Program-made: the position numbers and the translations under genes
Assembly: GCA_965116875.1 (NCBI GenBank)
Contig: OZ220733.1
Location: 4,064,001-4,128,000, forward strand
Length of the DNA stretch: 64,000 bases
Origin: Candidatus Latescibacterota bacterium
Lineage (GTDB): Bacteria > Latescibacterota > UBA2968 > GCA-2709665
Direction of reading: 5' to 3'
In this document: positions 1 through 9,700 of the stretch, one piece after another
Layout of the letters: each line of letters begins with the position of its first letter
How positions within the stretch are numbered: position 1 is the stretch's first letter
The notes under the pieces: model-generated
Database searches by the model: none
What the model was told of the DNA's origin: nothing
The model's input: only the letters and a program-made list of their open reading frames with translations

Positions 1-2
1 TC

Positions 3-467
3 ACGTACGGTTCCATACGCACCACCCACGCAAAGGCCAAGGAGCTGCGCGGCGTGGCCGAACGCCTCATTACGTTCGCGAAACGGGGCGATTTACACGC
101 GAGACGGCAGGTTTTGCGACGGATTCGAAACCAGCGGGTGGTTGCCAGACTCTTCGACGAGATCGCGGTTTCGTTTTCGGAACGCAACGGCGGCTATCTC
201 CGGTTGCTCAAACTCGGCCCCCGCCGCGGTGACCGCGTCGAAATGTGTCTGGTGGAAATGGTAGGGGACGAAACCAGAGCCGATTCCGCCGGACGACCGG
301 AGTCGGACGATGGTGCCGGTGTCCGCAGCAAAGGCGGGGAACCGGCGGAGAGCGTCGCTGACGAGGCAACGGACGCCGCGAGTGAACCGGCTTCGGTTTC
401 AACCGGCGAGGCCGAGCCCAAGCCAGCCAATGAATCGAGTGAGGCGCAAGAGCGTACGAAAAAATGA
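3..467 (+). CDS. rplQ: 50S ribosomal protein L17 (5'-truncated by window edge) with acidic low-complexity C-terminal tail
   Basis: Frame from nt 3 reads [35 protein letters not shown]...[18 protein letters not shown], the L17 signature. Confidence 0.97.
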   Translation, partial: TYGSIRTTHAKAKELRGVAERLITFAKRGDLHARRQVLRRIRNQRVVARLFDEIAVSFSERNGGYLRLLKLGPRRGDRVEMCLVEMVGDETRADSAGRPESDDGAGVRSKGGEPAESVADEATDAASEPASVSTGEAEPKPANESSEAQERTKK

Positions 468-1774
468 GTCCGTTGCGCCGTGACAATTCAGGCACAAGAG
501 GGCAAATCGACAGACCGGTCGATTTGCCCTTTGCATTCCCGGCTTTTCTCCGGGAACTACTCGTCGGTCTCTGCCTTGCTCTCTGCTTCAGTTCAGGCGC
601 CGCAGATGCATCCGGACGGTCGATTGAGGAATTCCGGGGATTGTGGGTGGCTCGCCACTGGCTGAAGAATCGTGAGCAGGCCATGCGCGCGGTGCGCATT
701 GCCGTAGACGCCCGGTTGAACGCGATCCTGGTTCAGGTTCGGGGCAGAGGCGATGCCTTCTACCGCAGCCGTCTGGTACCCGGATCGGAATCCCTGTCCG
801 ATCCTGAGTTCGATCCACTCGCACTTCTCGTGGAAGAGGGGCGCCGGGCCGGTCTGGAAGTACACGCATGGGTGAATATGTACCTTACCTGGAAACCGAC
901 GGAGCAGCGGCCGGCGTCGCCACGACATATACTCCTTCGAAATCCCGAATGGTTCATGCGATCCGTGGACGGGATCGACATGGGGCGGGTCGCGCTCGAC
1001 GGCGTCGATCTTGTCAAACGCGGAGTGACCGGGAGATTCCTTTCGCCCGGCGTTCCCGAAGTCAGAGCCCATCTGCTCGGGGTCATTGAAGAGATCGTTG
1101 GCGATTACGACGTCGACGGTATCCACATGGACTATGTCCGGTACCCGAATATCCATTACGACTACAGTCCCGCCGTGAGCGAGGCGTTCAAGACGCGCTA
1201 CGGCTTCGACCCTGCCGGTCGGGATGACAACGAGGCCGGTTCCGGCGCCGGTGCGGACGTGGCCGATGTCAGGAAGTTGTGGCATCGATGGCGAAGCGAA
1301 CAGATCAGTCTGCATGTCGGCCAGGTGCGTGAGGCGATTGCGCGCCTCAAGCCCTCCGTCAGGTTGTCTGCCGCCGTAAAACCGGACATAGAATCCGCAT
1401 ACACGCAGTACGGACAGGACTGGATCGAATGGAGTAACGGGGGGCTTGTGGACTTTGTGGTGCCCATGTTCTACGAGGGATCTACTCAGGAGATCGAACG
1501 CCAGATGGCCGAAGCAAGGAAGCGCGTGAAAGAGGCGGTTCTGTACGCCGGAATCGGCGTCTGGAATCAGAATGCCGACGAAACGGCGGCTCAGATTGAG
1601 ATCGCGCGCCGCACGGGTTTTCAGGGGGTCGTGTTGTTTTCCGTGGATGGATTCGTACAACAGAAGGGGCTGACCGGCGAGTTGCACGAAGGTCCTTTTC
1701 GAGCGCCGTCCGTCCAACTGAAGGAGGAGGACACGCGTGTCGAAACCCAGGCGGGGCAATCAGGTAGAGATTGA
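464..1774 (+). CDS. GHL10 (DUF187/YddW-like) glycoside hydrolase family protein, probably exported
   Basis: [30 protein letters not shown]...[25 protein letters not shown]...G.VD..VPMFY motifs; hydrophobic N-terminal segment; start uncertain. Confidence 0.85.
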   Translation: MSPLRRDNSGTRGQIDRPVDLPFAFPAFLRELLVGLCLALCFSSGAADASGRSIEEFRGLWVARHWLKNREQAMRAVRIAVDARLNAILVQVRGRGDAFYRSRLVPGSESLSDPEFDPLALLVEEGRRAGLEVHAWVNMYLTWKPTEQRPASPRHILLRNPEWFMRSVDGIDMGRVALDGVDLVKRGVTGRFLSPGVPEVRAHLLGVIEEIVGDYDVDGIHMDYVRYPNIHYDYSPAVSEAFKTRYGFDPAGRDDNEAGSGAGADVADVRKLWHRWRSEQISLHVGQVREAIARLKPSVRLSAAVKPDIESAYTQYGQDWIEWSNGGLVDFVVPMFYEGSTQEIERQMAEARKRVKEAVLYAGIGVWNQNADETAAQIEIARRTGFQGVVLFSVDGFVQQKGLTGELHEGPFRAPSVQLKEEDTRVETQAGQSGRD

Positions 1775-3101
1775 CATCGAACGGCTGGACCGACGGGGAA
1801 ACGGTCTGGGCCGGCTGGGCGCTTATACCATGCTTGTCCGGGGCGCGGTGCCCGGCGACCGGGTCCGGGCTCGTGTACGCAAGGTCAGGAATCGATTGCG
1901 CCGGGCTGAAGCCAGTCTGGAGGAGCTCCTCTCCACCCGAATTGAGCGGTTGCCGGCACGCTGCTCACACTTTGGGCTCTGCGGCGGCTGTCTGTGGCAG
2001 GATATACCCTATGACTCCCAGGTTCGATTGAAACAGGACCTGGTTCGGAACTGTCTGGCGGAGGCGGGAATAGATACGAAACCGGACGCGCCATTGCCAT
2101 CCGAAGAACCGTTCTTCTACCGGAACAAGATGGAGTTTTCCTTCGGTTCGTCGCCGGAGGGGCGTACGGAGGTGGGCCTGCATGTCGGGGGGCGTTTCGA
2201 TCGCGTATTCGACCTGGATGCGTGTTTTCTCCAGTCGGAATCGTCCAACCGCATCGTCGATCGCGTACGGAACTTTGTCAGCTCCCATTCCGTATACCAT
2301 CTGAAACGCCATGAAGGTCTGCTCAGATTCCTGACCATACGCGAGGGCAAACTGTCGGGTGAAACCATGGTTGTGCTGACAACGTCCGGGGATGCGTTTC
2401 CCGAGGCGGAGTCATTGGGAAAGATGCTGGCGGAGACGTTTCCGGAGGTCAGGAGTGTGATTCGCAGCGTCAATCTGCGGAAAGCCCAGGTGGCCATCGG
2501 CGACCGCGAAGAAGTGCTGGCGGGGACGGGTACCGTCAAAGAGAAACTGGGTGAATTCACATTCGAGATCTCACCGGGTTCATTCTTCCAGACCAACACG
2601 CGTCAGGCCAGGCATCTCTACCGGAGGGTGGTCGAGTTGACCGACCCCTGTCCGGACGACCGGATTCTGGACGTGTATTGTGGGACGGGCGCGATTTCGC
2701 TGCACCTGTCGAGGAAGGCCGGCTACGTACTCGGCATTGAGGCTGGTGAGGGGGCGGTTCGGGATGCGGTCCGCAACAGCGCCATAAACGGCGTTTCCAA
2801 CTGCCGGTTTATCGCGGGGACGGCGGAAGACATTCTCTGGCAGATTCGTGAGCGGGGAGAGCGCTTTGATACCGTTGTCACCGATCCACCGCGTCCGGGT
2901 ATGCATATGAAGGCCGTAACGGCGATCTGTGATCTGCGCCCGGAACGTATCGTATATGTCTCGTGTAACCCGGAGGCGATGGGTGCGGACCTGATCCGGC
3001 TGGAGTCTTCAGGCTACAAGACCGACTATGTGCAGCTTGTGGATATGTTTCCCCATACACCGCACTGCGAGGTCGTGGCGCGGTTACGTAACAATGCCTG
3101 A
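1737..3101 (+). CDS. rlmD: 23S rRNA (uracil1939-C5)-methyltransferase RlmD
   Basis: TRAM domain, CSHFGLCGGC Fe-S motif, YRNKMEF, SFFQTN, LDVYCGTG, DPPR, YVSCNP, DMFPHTPHCE. Confidence 0.93.
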   Translation: MSKPRRGNQVEIDIERLDRRGNGLGRLGAYTMLVRGAVPGDRVRARVRKVRNRLRRAEASLEELLSTRIERLPARCSHFGLCGGCLWQDIPYDSQVRLKQDLVRNCLAEAGIDTKPDAPLPSEEPFFYRNKMEFSFGSSPEGRTEVGLHVGGRFDRVFDLDACFLQSESSNRIVDRVRNFVSSHSVYHLKRHEGLLRFLTIREGKLSGETMVVLTTSGDAFPEAESLGKMLAETFPEVRSVIRSVNLRKAQVAIGDREEVLAGTGTVKEKLGEFTFEISPGSFFQTNTRQARHLYRRVVELTDPCPDDRILDVYCGTGAISLHLSRKAGYVLGIEAGEGAVRDAVRNSAINGVSNCRFIAGTAEDILWQIRERGERFDTVVTDPPRPGMHMKAVTAICDLRPERIVYVSCNPEAMGADLIRLESSGYKTDYVQLVDMFPHTPHCEVVARLRNNA

Positions 3102-3183
3102 AATTCGGGTCTGTCGCGGGATCCAGACAGATGAAGCAGGGGATGGGAATTCCCTCTGCTTTTTGATTTGGCGTGCCTGCAGG

Positions 3184-3657
3184 TCAATCCCTGCTGATAT
3201 CCAGAATCTCATAGGCGAGCGTGCCCACCGGAACCTTCGCTTCCACCTGCTCTCCAACGCTTTTTCCCAGAAGCGCGCGTCCAACCGGAGACTGCGTTGA
3301 GATCTTGTTCTGTTCGAAATCCGCTTCGTCGGTGGAAACCAGAGTATAACGAATCTGTTCGCCGGTCCTGCGGTCCTTTAAAGTCACCGTGGCTCCGAGA
3401 TATGCCTTATCCTTGGCCATAAGACTCTCGTCGATGATTTCAGACCGAACCAGCTTGTCCTGGAGCTCGGCAATTTTCTTCTCAATGAACATCTGGCGTT
3501 CCTTGGCGCTATGGTATTCCGCATTCTCGCTCAGGTCTCCATGTTCCCTGGCTCTGGCGATTGCGTCGATAACCGCCGGCCGTTCACGGGTCCTGAGGCG
3601 CTCCAGTTCTGATCGGATCTTGTTGTAACCGTCTTTTGTGAGATAAAGCCGATCCAT
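3184..3657 (-). CDS. greA: Transcription elongation factor GreA
   Basis: LTKDGY, AREHGDLSENAEYHSAKE, KISTQSPVGRALLGK. Confidence 0.97.
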   Translation of the reverse strand: MDRLYLTKDGYNKIRSELERLRTRERPAVIDAIARAREHGDLSENAEYHSAKERQMFIEKKIAELQDKLVRSEIIDESLMAKDKAYLGATVTLKDRRTGEQIRYTLVSTDEADFEQNKISTQSPVGRALLGKSVGEQVEAKVPVGTLAYEILDISRD

Positions 3658-3716
3658 TGTCCTGCCTCGCTTCCTTTTTGGGAAATTGCCTGGACGTGCG
3701 AGTCCTGTAATTGACA

Positions 3717-3754
3717 GAAAAAATACCGGGGGTCCGGATCTGCGGACGGCCCCG
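3717..3754 (-). terminator. Intrinsic terminator-like hairpin in greA leader
   Basis: Minus strand CGGGG-cc-GTCCG loop CGGAC-CCCCG followed by GTATTTTTT, between the promoter and the greA start. Confidence 0.55.
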
Positions 3755-3809
3755 CTATATACACCAGGAACAACGATGATTCACCCCATAATTGAACCTA
3801 AGATGCTTA

Positions 3810-3838
3810 AAAATAAGATCTTTATTGAATAAAGTCAA
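3810..3838 (-). promoter_or_regulatory. sigma70-type promoter for greA
   Basis: TTGACT-17 bp-TATTTT on minus strand; palindrome CTTTATT-G-AATAAAG (3820-3834) in the spacer. Confidence 0.55.
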
Positions 3839-3865
3839 GATCAAACGGTTCCTGGCGGGTTCGGT

Positions 3866-3894
3866 TTGACATCTTCAACACGGGTTCGTATACT
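3866..3894 (+). promoter_or_regulatory. sigma70-type promoter for DapA-family/adk genes
   Basis: TTGACA-17 bp-TATACT. Confidence 0.7.
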
Positions 3895-3952
3895 ATACGC
3901 TTGGCGCAACCTTTCCCGGGGACGAATGCTGGGAAACCTTGTGGGGGTGGGA

Positions 3953-4861
3953 ATGGACAGCACGTTTGTGCGCGGGCTGATTCCGGCGCTTGTCACTCCA
4001 ATGACCCGCGACGAAGCGCTGGATGAAGCGGGTCTTGAACGCCTGCTGGACTACGTCATCACCGCGGGCGTCCATGGCGTATTCACGGGGGGGACCGCCG
4101 GGGAGCCCTGGGCGCTGAGCATGGAAGAGAAGACAAGGCTCTACGAGTGGACCGTGGGCTATACGGCGGGGCGCGTTCCGGTCTATGTTGGAACGGCGGC
4201 GAATTCTACAGCCGAGGCCGTGCGACTCGCCGAAGCGGCACAGGAGGCGGGGGCGGATTGTCTTTCTGTGCTGACGCCTTATTTCATTACGCCAGGTCCG
4301 GAGGAAATGTTCAGCCACTTTGCGGAGATCGCCCGTGCCGTGGACCTTCCCGTACTCTTGTACGATCTCCCGGCGAGAACGGGGAACAGCCTTCCGGTTC
4401 ATCTTGTCATGCGTCTGGCAGATACATTCGGCAATATCGTTGGAATCAAGGAGAGTTCGGGCGACTTTTCACGAACGCTCGAATACCTGCGGCTTGCGCC
4501 AGGATATTTTCGCGTAATTATGGGTCGCGACACGCTGATCTACGCCGCCCTCGTCCACGGCGCCGCAGGTGCGATTGCGGCAAGCGCCAACGTAGCGCCG
4601 GAACTGGGGGTTGGTATTTACGAGCGGTACATGGCTGGAGACGCCAGCGGCGCGCTGGATTTTCAAAAGCGGCTTGCCCCGCTTCGATCCGCATTTTCGT
4701 TGGGAACCCATCCGGCTATGCTCAAGGCCGGCGCAGAGCTCGTCTGCGATGCGGGCGGACCGCCACGGCGACCTGTGTCTCGACTATCCGGAAACGACCT
4801 GCTTCAGTTGAAAGAAGTGCTTGTGAAGATAGGAAAGCTGCAATCCTCCCGCGCAGGTTGA
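3953..4861 (+). CDS. Dihydrodipicolinate synthase (DapA/NAL) family aldolase/dehydratase
   Basis: PALVTP, GGTAGE (variant of GTTGE), LLYDLP, IVGIKES Schiff-base lysine; exact substrate unclear. Confidence 0.88.
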   Translation: MDSTFVRGLIPALVTPMTRDEALDEAGLERLLDYVITAGVHGVFTGGTAGEPWALSMEEKTRLYEWTVGYTAGRVPVYVGTAANSTAEAVRLAEAAQEAGADCLSVLTPYFITPGPEEMFSHFAEIARAVDLPVLLYDLPARTGNSLPVHLVMRLADTFGNIVGIKESSGDFSRTLEYLRLAPGYFRVIMGRDTLIYAALVHGAAGAIAASANVAPELGVGIYERYMAGDASGALDFQKRLAPLRSAFSLGTHPAMLKAGAELVCDAGGPPRRPVSRLSGNDLLQLKEVLVKIGKLQSSRAG

Positions 4862-4909
4862 GTGATTTCAAAGCGCACAGAGCTGAACGTATTCACGGAG
4901 CGGAAAACG

Positions 4910-5521
4910 ATGGATCGACGGGAAAAACATCGGACAATTCTGGTCGTTGGCGCACCCGGATCGGGCAAGGGCACGCAGGGGAGAATACTGGGGAACATAC
5001 CGGGATTCCACCACCTGGCCTGCGGAGACGTTTTCAGGTCTCTGGATCCGGGCAGTGAACTTGGCAAGATCTTCCTTGCCTACTCCGGCAAGGGCCGGCT
5101 GGTACCGGACCAGTTCACCGTTCAACTGTGGCTCGACCACATCCGTGGCGCCATCCACAACGGCGGTTTTCGCCCTGACGAGGAAGTGCTCGTTCTCGAC
5201 GGCATTCCACGCAATTTGCGCCAGGCCGAAATGATGGCGGACTATATAGATCTCAACCTTCTCATCTATCTGGATATAGCCGATGACAATGTCCTGGTTG
5301 AACGTGCGCTGCGCCGGGCGCTCCGGGAGAACCGGCTCGACGATGCCAGCGAAGCGGTTATCAGGCGGCGATTGCGGGAATTCGATAGAGAAACGGCCCC
5401 TCTGCTGGAATACTATCCGGCGGAGGTGATTCGCAAGGTCGACGGAGAACAGAAGCCCGTAGACGTTTTGCGCGATGTGATAGGAATCATCCAGGAAGCA
5501 GATACGGTCGCGGATTTCTGA
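4910..5521 (+). CDS. adk: Adenylate/nucleoside monophosphate kinase, short LID-less type
   Basis: GAPGSGKGTQ P-loop, GDVFR, G.LVPD, LDGIPRN..QA, R.DD...VIRRRL. Confidence 0.8.
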   Translation: MDRREKHRTILVVGAPGSGKGTQGRILGNIPGFHHLACGDVFRSLDPGSELGKIFLAYSGKGRLVPDQFTVQLWLDHIRGAIHNGGFRPDEEVLVLDGIPRNLRQAEMMADYIDLNLLIYLDIADDNVLVERALRRALRENRLDDASEAVIRRRLREFDRETAPLLEYYPAEVIRKVDGEQKPVDVLRDVIGIIQEADTVADF

Positions 5522-5546
5522 GAACCGCAACCGATCGGTTTGAAGA

Positions 5547-5581
5547 ACGGTCGCCTGCTTCAGGCGGCCGTCGTGTTTTTC
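5547..5581 (+). terminator. Possible intrinsic terminator
   Basis: ACGGTCGCCTG-CTT-CAGGCGGCCGT followed by an interrupted T tract. Confidence 0.4.
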
Positions 5582-5654
5582 GGGTGGGAGATAACGGTTG
5601 CGTGCCGCAAGTGTACATGGCGGTCGCGGACGGACCGGAGGAGCGTCAGCAGGT

Positions 5655-8600
5655 ATGACTCGAATGTGCATCGGCCTGGTTTTCATGCTCTTCATCCCGC
5701 CGCGCGCGGAAGCGCGAGCGGTAATGGACTGGACTGTTTATCAGTACAAAGACGGGCTTGCCCACAACGTCGTAACATCGGTCGTGCAGGCGAGAGACGG
5801 CGCAATGTGGTTCGCGACGCGCGGAGGCATTTCCCGATACGACGGCCAGTCCTGGCAAACCTACGGCGAAGAAAGCGGACTGACCGGTAACGGCTTCACC
5901 GGACTGTTCGAGGCTGAGAACGGTACGCTGTGGGCCACCGGGGGGTTCGTGTTTCGAGGGCGGGGTGGAAACCTCATCGCCCGCCTGTCCGGCGACCGGT
6001 GGGAGCCGGTTATGCTGCCTGAAAACCTCGCGGAAATCAACGTGGGTCCGGTTGTGGGCGTCTCCGGAGGCGGCCTCTGTTTTGCCACGGCGGGGTTGGG
6101 TATACTCCATTATACCGGCGATGACTGGAAGACAATCGACGAAGAGGACGGACTTGCGTCCAACTACGTGCAATGTCTGTTGCGATCGAAAGACGGTGCG
6201 GTGTGGGCGGCGTATGCGGGGCGGCGTCCGGGCCCGCCGTTTTCGCCACGTTCCGGGCGTCGACGGGGCGGGGGCATGAGCCGGTTCGATCCGGCGAAGA
6301 ATACATGGGCGGAGGTCGCGGCGCCCGGCGAATTGGCCCGCACAGCGGTGACTGCGATGGCGCAGGCGGTCGACGGGGCCGTGTGGCTGGGGACCGAAAA
6401 CCACGGTATTTTGCGTTTCGACGGTGCAGATTGGCAGGTGTTCGCTATGGGAGACGGAATGCCCGCGGACCGGGTGCTGTCCGTCGCGTCGGCTCCTGAC
6501 GGATCGATCTGGGTTGGAACCGTGGGTGGCGCCGCACGATTCACGGCATCGGAAGAAGCATCGACGGAGAAAGGCCGCTGGCGGGTTCGCCAGGTCTTTA
6601 CGGAAGAGAACGGCCTCCCCAACAATCTGGTGACGTCCGTGTGCATAAGCAATGACGGCGCGGTGTGGTTGGGAACGGCTTGGGGTGTCGCACGATACGG
6701 CGCGACAAGCTGGGAACACCACAGCCGTTGGGCGGGCACGTCCGACAGGGGCGGAGTTGCCCTCGAACGCACGGAGGATGGACGGTTGTGGGCGGCTACG
6801 GGAGAACGAGTCTACGAATTCGACGGGGCAGACTGGATCGAAGCGTACCGGATCCGTGCGAGCGGTCGGCGCGGGGCCGGGCGAATCGTGGGATTGCGAA
6901 AGGGAAGGGGCGGCACGCTCTGGGCCGCCGTTCATCGAAGCTTGTTGAGATTCGACGGGGTCTACTGGAAGGAGTTCGAATTGCCCACGAAGGGTCCGCG
7001 CTCCCGGATACTCTCGATGTTTCCCGCGCGCGCCGGGGGCGTGTGGGCCGGTACGGGAGCCGGGCTGTTCCGGTTCGACGGCGAGGTATGGACTTTGCAA
7101 TCGCCGGAAGATATTCGTGGAGTAAGCGCTGTATTCGAGTCAGAATACGGCGCCCTGTGGTATGGCGCCAATGGCGGTATCGTCCTGGAAAAGGACGGCA
7201 AACGTGAGGTTTTCGACACGGCCGACGGATTGCCGGGCGAGCCCGTCTTCGCGCTTGAGGAGGCACAGGGGGATGTCTGGGCCGCGACGCGCTTCACGGG
7301 GATGTTCAGGTACAATAAGGGTACGTGGGAGGCCGTGCCAACCGGGGATCAGACCGTTTTCGGCGGTGCCCACCGGTTTTTCGTGGATGACGACGACATA
7401 CTCTGGCTGGCAACGCTTTTTGTCGGTGCTGTTCACACCGATGGTGAGACCTGGACGCGTTACACGGCGCGCAACGGCCTTCCTGGCGCCAGGGTATGGG
7501 ACGTGGCGCAGGACCGGGAGGGGAGGATCTGGTTTGCCACGGACAATGGCCTGGGATGTTATACGCCGGACACGGATACGCCTGAAACCCGGCTTTCCTT
7601 GCCGTCCAGAGAGGTGGCTCCCTACCAGAGTGTTCTGTTCAAGTTCTCAGGTCAGGATCCATGGAAACAGACGCCGCCACAGGATCTGAAATACGCCTGG
7701 AGGGTGGACGGCGGCGACTGGTCGACGTTTTCGAGCGAAGATCAGGCGCTCGTGGGCAGGATGGTACCGGGGCCCCACACCTTCGAAGTGCGCGCGATGG
7801 ACCGGGGATTCAATGTAGATTCGACACCGGCGCGACACACTTTCGTGGTTCTGGCGCCCGTCTGGCAGCGGCCGTGGTTCGTCGCGCTCAGCGTGTTCTC
7901 GATCGTGGCTCTTTGCGTATCGTCCGGTTACGCGTTGCACCGCCATCGGCGGTGGCAGGAGGCCCAGGCGCGACAGATTCATGAATTGGAATCCGAGTTG
8001 GAGCAGGCGCACAGGATGCAGATGGGACTGCTGCCCACCGTCCCGATCCGTGACGATTCCTTTGAAATCGCGGGTGCCTGTGCGCCCGCAAACCACGTCG
8101 GCGGAGACTATTTCAACTATTTCTGGCTGGACGAAGCTCGTCGGACGCTGGGCTTCGGCGCCGCGGACGTGTCGGGAAAGGCGATGGAGGCTGCCGTTCG
8201 CGCGATGCAGCTGAGCGGTATCTTCCGGTACGAATTCCGGGGTATGAAGCCGCTGAACGAGGTCGCGATGCGGCTGGATGAAGATTTGAGGGAGCAGATG
8301 GACGAGGCCAGCTTTGTTACCTGCTGCCTTGGCACGCTCGATCTCGAGACACAACGCGTACATCTCGTCAATGCCGCTCATCCCTTCCCGTACCACTATT
8401 GCGCCAGGGACCGGGAATTGCGTGAGATTCAGTTGCCGTCCATACCGCTGGGCATGGTGTTGCCTCCCGGAAGTCCGGGCGGGCGCGCCGAAGCAAACAT
8501 TCAGGTCGCGCCGGACGACTTGCTTGTATTCTACAGCGATGGTGTGACCGACATGAGGAACACAGCCGGCGAGTTCTACGAGACCGACCGGCTGGAACAG

Positions 8601-8750
8601 GCCATCAGGGCACATAACCAGGCGAGCGCGGCGGATCTGGTCTCGGTGATCCTCGAAGAAGTATACCGGTTCAAGGGAGATGCGTCTCAACCGGACGACA
8701 TCACGCTTCTGGTCATTCGAATGCTCGAGCAGGGAGAGACCGGCCGGTGA
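5655..8750 (+). CDS. Membrane sensor phosphatase: periplasmic two-component-regulator beta-propeller repeats, Y_Y_Y-like domain, TM helix, SpoIIE/PP2C domain
   Basis: Repeated DGL...V....D..G.W.GT units; TM RPWFVALSVFSIVALCV; VGGDYF, ADVSGK, NAAHP, YSDGVTD, DDIT motifs. Confidence 0.9.
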   Translation: MTRMCIGLVFMLFIPPRAEARAVMDWTVYQYKDGLAHNVVTSVVQARDGAMWFATRGGISRYDGQSWQTYGEESGLTGNGFTGLFEAENGTLWATGGFVFRGRGGNLIARLSGDRWEPVMLPENLAEINVGPVVGVSGGGLCFATAGLGILHYTGDDWKTIDEEDGLASNYVQCLLRSKDGAVWAAYAGRRPGPPFSPRSGRRRGGGMSRFDPAKNTWAEVAAPGELARTAVTAMAQAVDGAVWLGTENHGILRFDGADWQVFAMGDGMPADRVLSVASAPDGSIWVGTVGGAARFTASEEASTEKGRWRVRQVFTEENGLPNNLVTSVCISNDGAVWLGTAWGVARYGATSWEHHSRWAGTSDRGGVALERTEDGRLWAATGERVYEFDGADWIEAYRIRASGRRGAGRIVGLRKGRGGTLWAAVHRSLLRFDGVYWKEFELPTKGPRSRILSMFPARAGGVWAGTGAGLFRFDGEVWTLQSPEDIRGVSAVFESEYGALWYGANGGIVLEKDGKREVFDTADGLPGEPVFALEEAQGDVWAATRFTGMFRYNKGTWEAVPTGDQTVFGGAHRFFVDDDDILWLATLFVGAVHTDGETWTRYTARNGLPGARVWDVAQDREGRIWFATDNGLGCYTPDTDTPETRLSLPSREVAPYQSVLFKFSGQDPWKQTPPQDLKYAWRVDGGDWSTFSSEDQALVGRMVPGPHTFEVRAMDRGFNVDSTPARHTFVVLAPVWQRPWFVALSVFSIVALCVSSGYALHRHRRWQEAQARQIHELESELEQAHRMQMGLLPTVPIRDDSFEIAGACAPANHVGGDYFNYFWLDEARRTLGFGAADVSGKAMEAAVRAMQLSGIFRYEFRGMKPLNEVAMRLDEDLREQMDEASFVTCCLGTLDLETQRVHLVNAAHPFPYHYCARDRELREIQLPSIPLGMVLPPGSPGGRAEANIQVAPDDLLVFYSDGVTDMRNTAGEFYETDRLEQAIRAHNQASAADLVSVILEEVYRFKGDASQPDDITLLVIRMLEQGETGR

Positions 8751-8804
8751 CGTCTCTACGCACCCGGATGGATACGCGCGGCCCCTCGACGCCCGGACCG
8801 GGTT

Positions 8805-9683
8805 TCATTCGCGTTCGCTCGCGGGCGCGTGGCCGGATCCGGCGGCATCCCTCTCCGCGGATTCCACCGTCTGGGCGATCAGCGTCACGATCGTCATTGG
8901 ACCCACGCCGCCGGGTACAGGGGTATAAGCCGCACACCGGTGAGCGACCGTGGAGAGTTCCACGTCTCCGACGGGCCCCGGATGGTAACCCGCGTCAATG
9001 ACCACGGCCTTGTCCGCGATCCAGTCGGCCCTGATGAATTCCCGCTTTCCAACGGCGCCAACGACAATGTCGGCCGCGCGCACAATACCTGGCAGGTTTC
9101 GGGTTCTGGAATGGCAGATCGTCACGGTGGCGTTCGCATTCAACAGCATCATGGCCATCGGCTTGCCCAGAATCGGGCTTCTGCCGACGACTGCGGCGGT
9201 TCTGCCCTCCAGCGGAATACGGTAATGCGACAGGAGCTTCATGATGCCGGCCGGCGTCGCCGCCCCGTAGGCAGGCGCGCCCATTGCCATCCGTCCGAAG
9301 CCGTGCGCGGTAACGCCGTCCACGTCCTTCCCGGTCGATATCCGGTCGAAGCACGCCCGCTCGTGGATATGGTCGGGGACCGGGTGCTGCAGGAGGATTC
9401 CGTGTACGCGAGGATTGGAGTTGAGCTTATCGATCTCGGTAAGGAGTTCGTCCGTGGTGGTTTCTTCGGGCAGCAGCACCCTCAATGAATCCATGCCCAC
9501 CCGTTTGCAGGCGTTTCCCTTCATTCGCACGTAGGTGGCCGACGCGGGGTCGTCCCCAACCAGGATCGTGGCCAGGACGGGGATTCGCCCGCCTGTGCTT
9601 GACCTGACGGCCGCCACCCTGTGCTTCAGTCCGCTTTCGATCTGCCTGGAAAGCTCTCTGCCATCCAGAATCGTTGCAGCCAT
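8805..9683 (-). CDS. folD: Bifunctional methylene-THF dehydrogenase/cyclohydrolase FolD
   Basis: [54 protein letters not shown]; start taken at MAATILDG. Confidence 0.96.
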   Translation of the reverse strand: MAATILDGRELSRQIESGLKHRVAAVRSSTGGRIPVLATILVGDDPASATYVRMKGNACKRVGMDSLRVLLPEETTTDELLTEIDKLNSNPRVHGILLQHPVPDHIHERACFDRISTGKDVDGVTAHGFGRMAMGAPAYGAATPAGIMKLLSHYRIPLEGRTAAVVGRSPILGKPMAMMLLNANATVTICHSRTRNLPGIVRAADIVVGAVGKREFIRADWIADKAVVIDAGYHPGPVGDVELSTVAHRCAAYTPVPGGVGPMTIVTLIAQTVESAERDAAGSGHAPASERE

Positions 9684-9700
9684 CACGCCCCCCATCTTGT

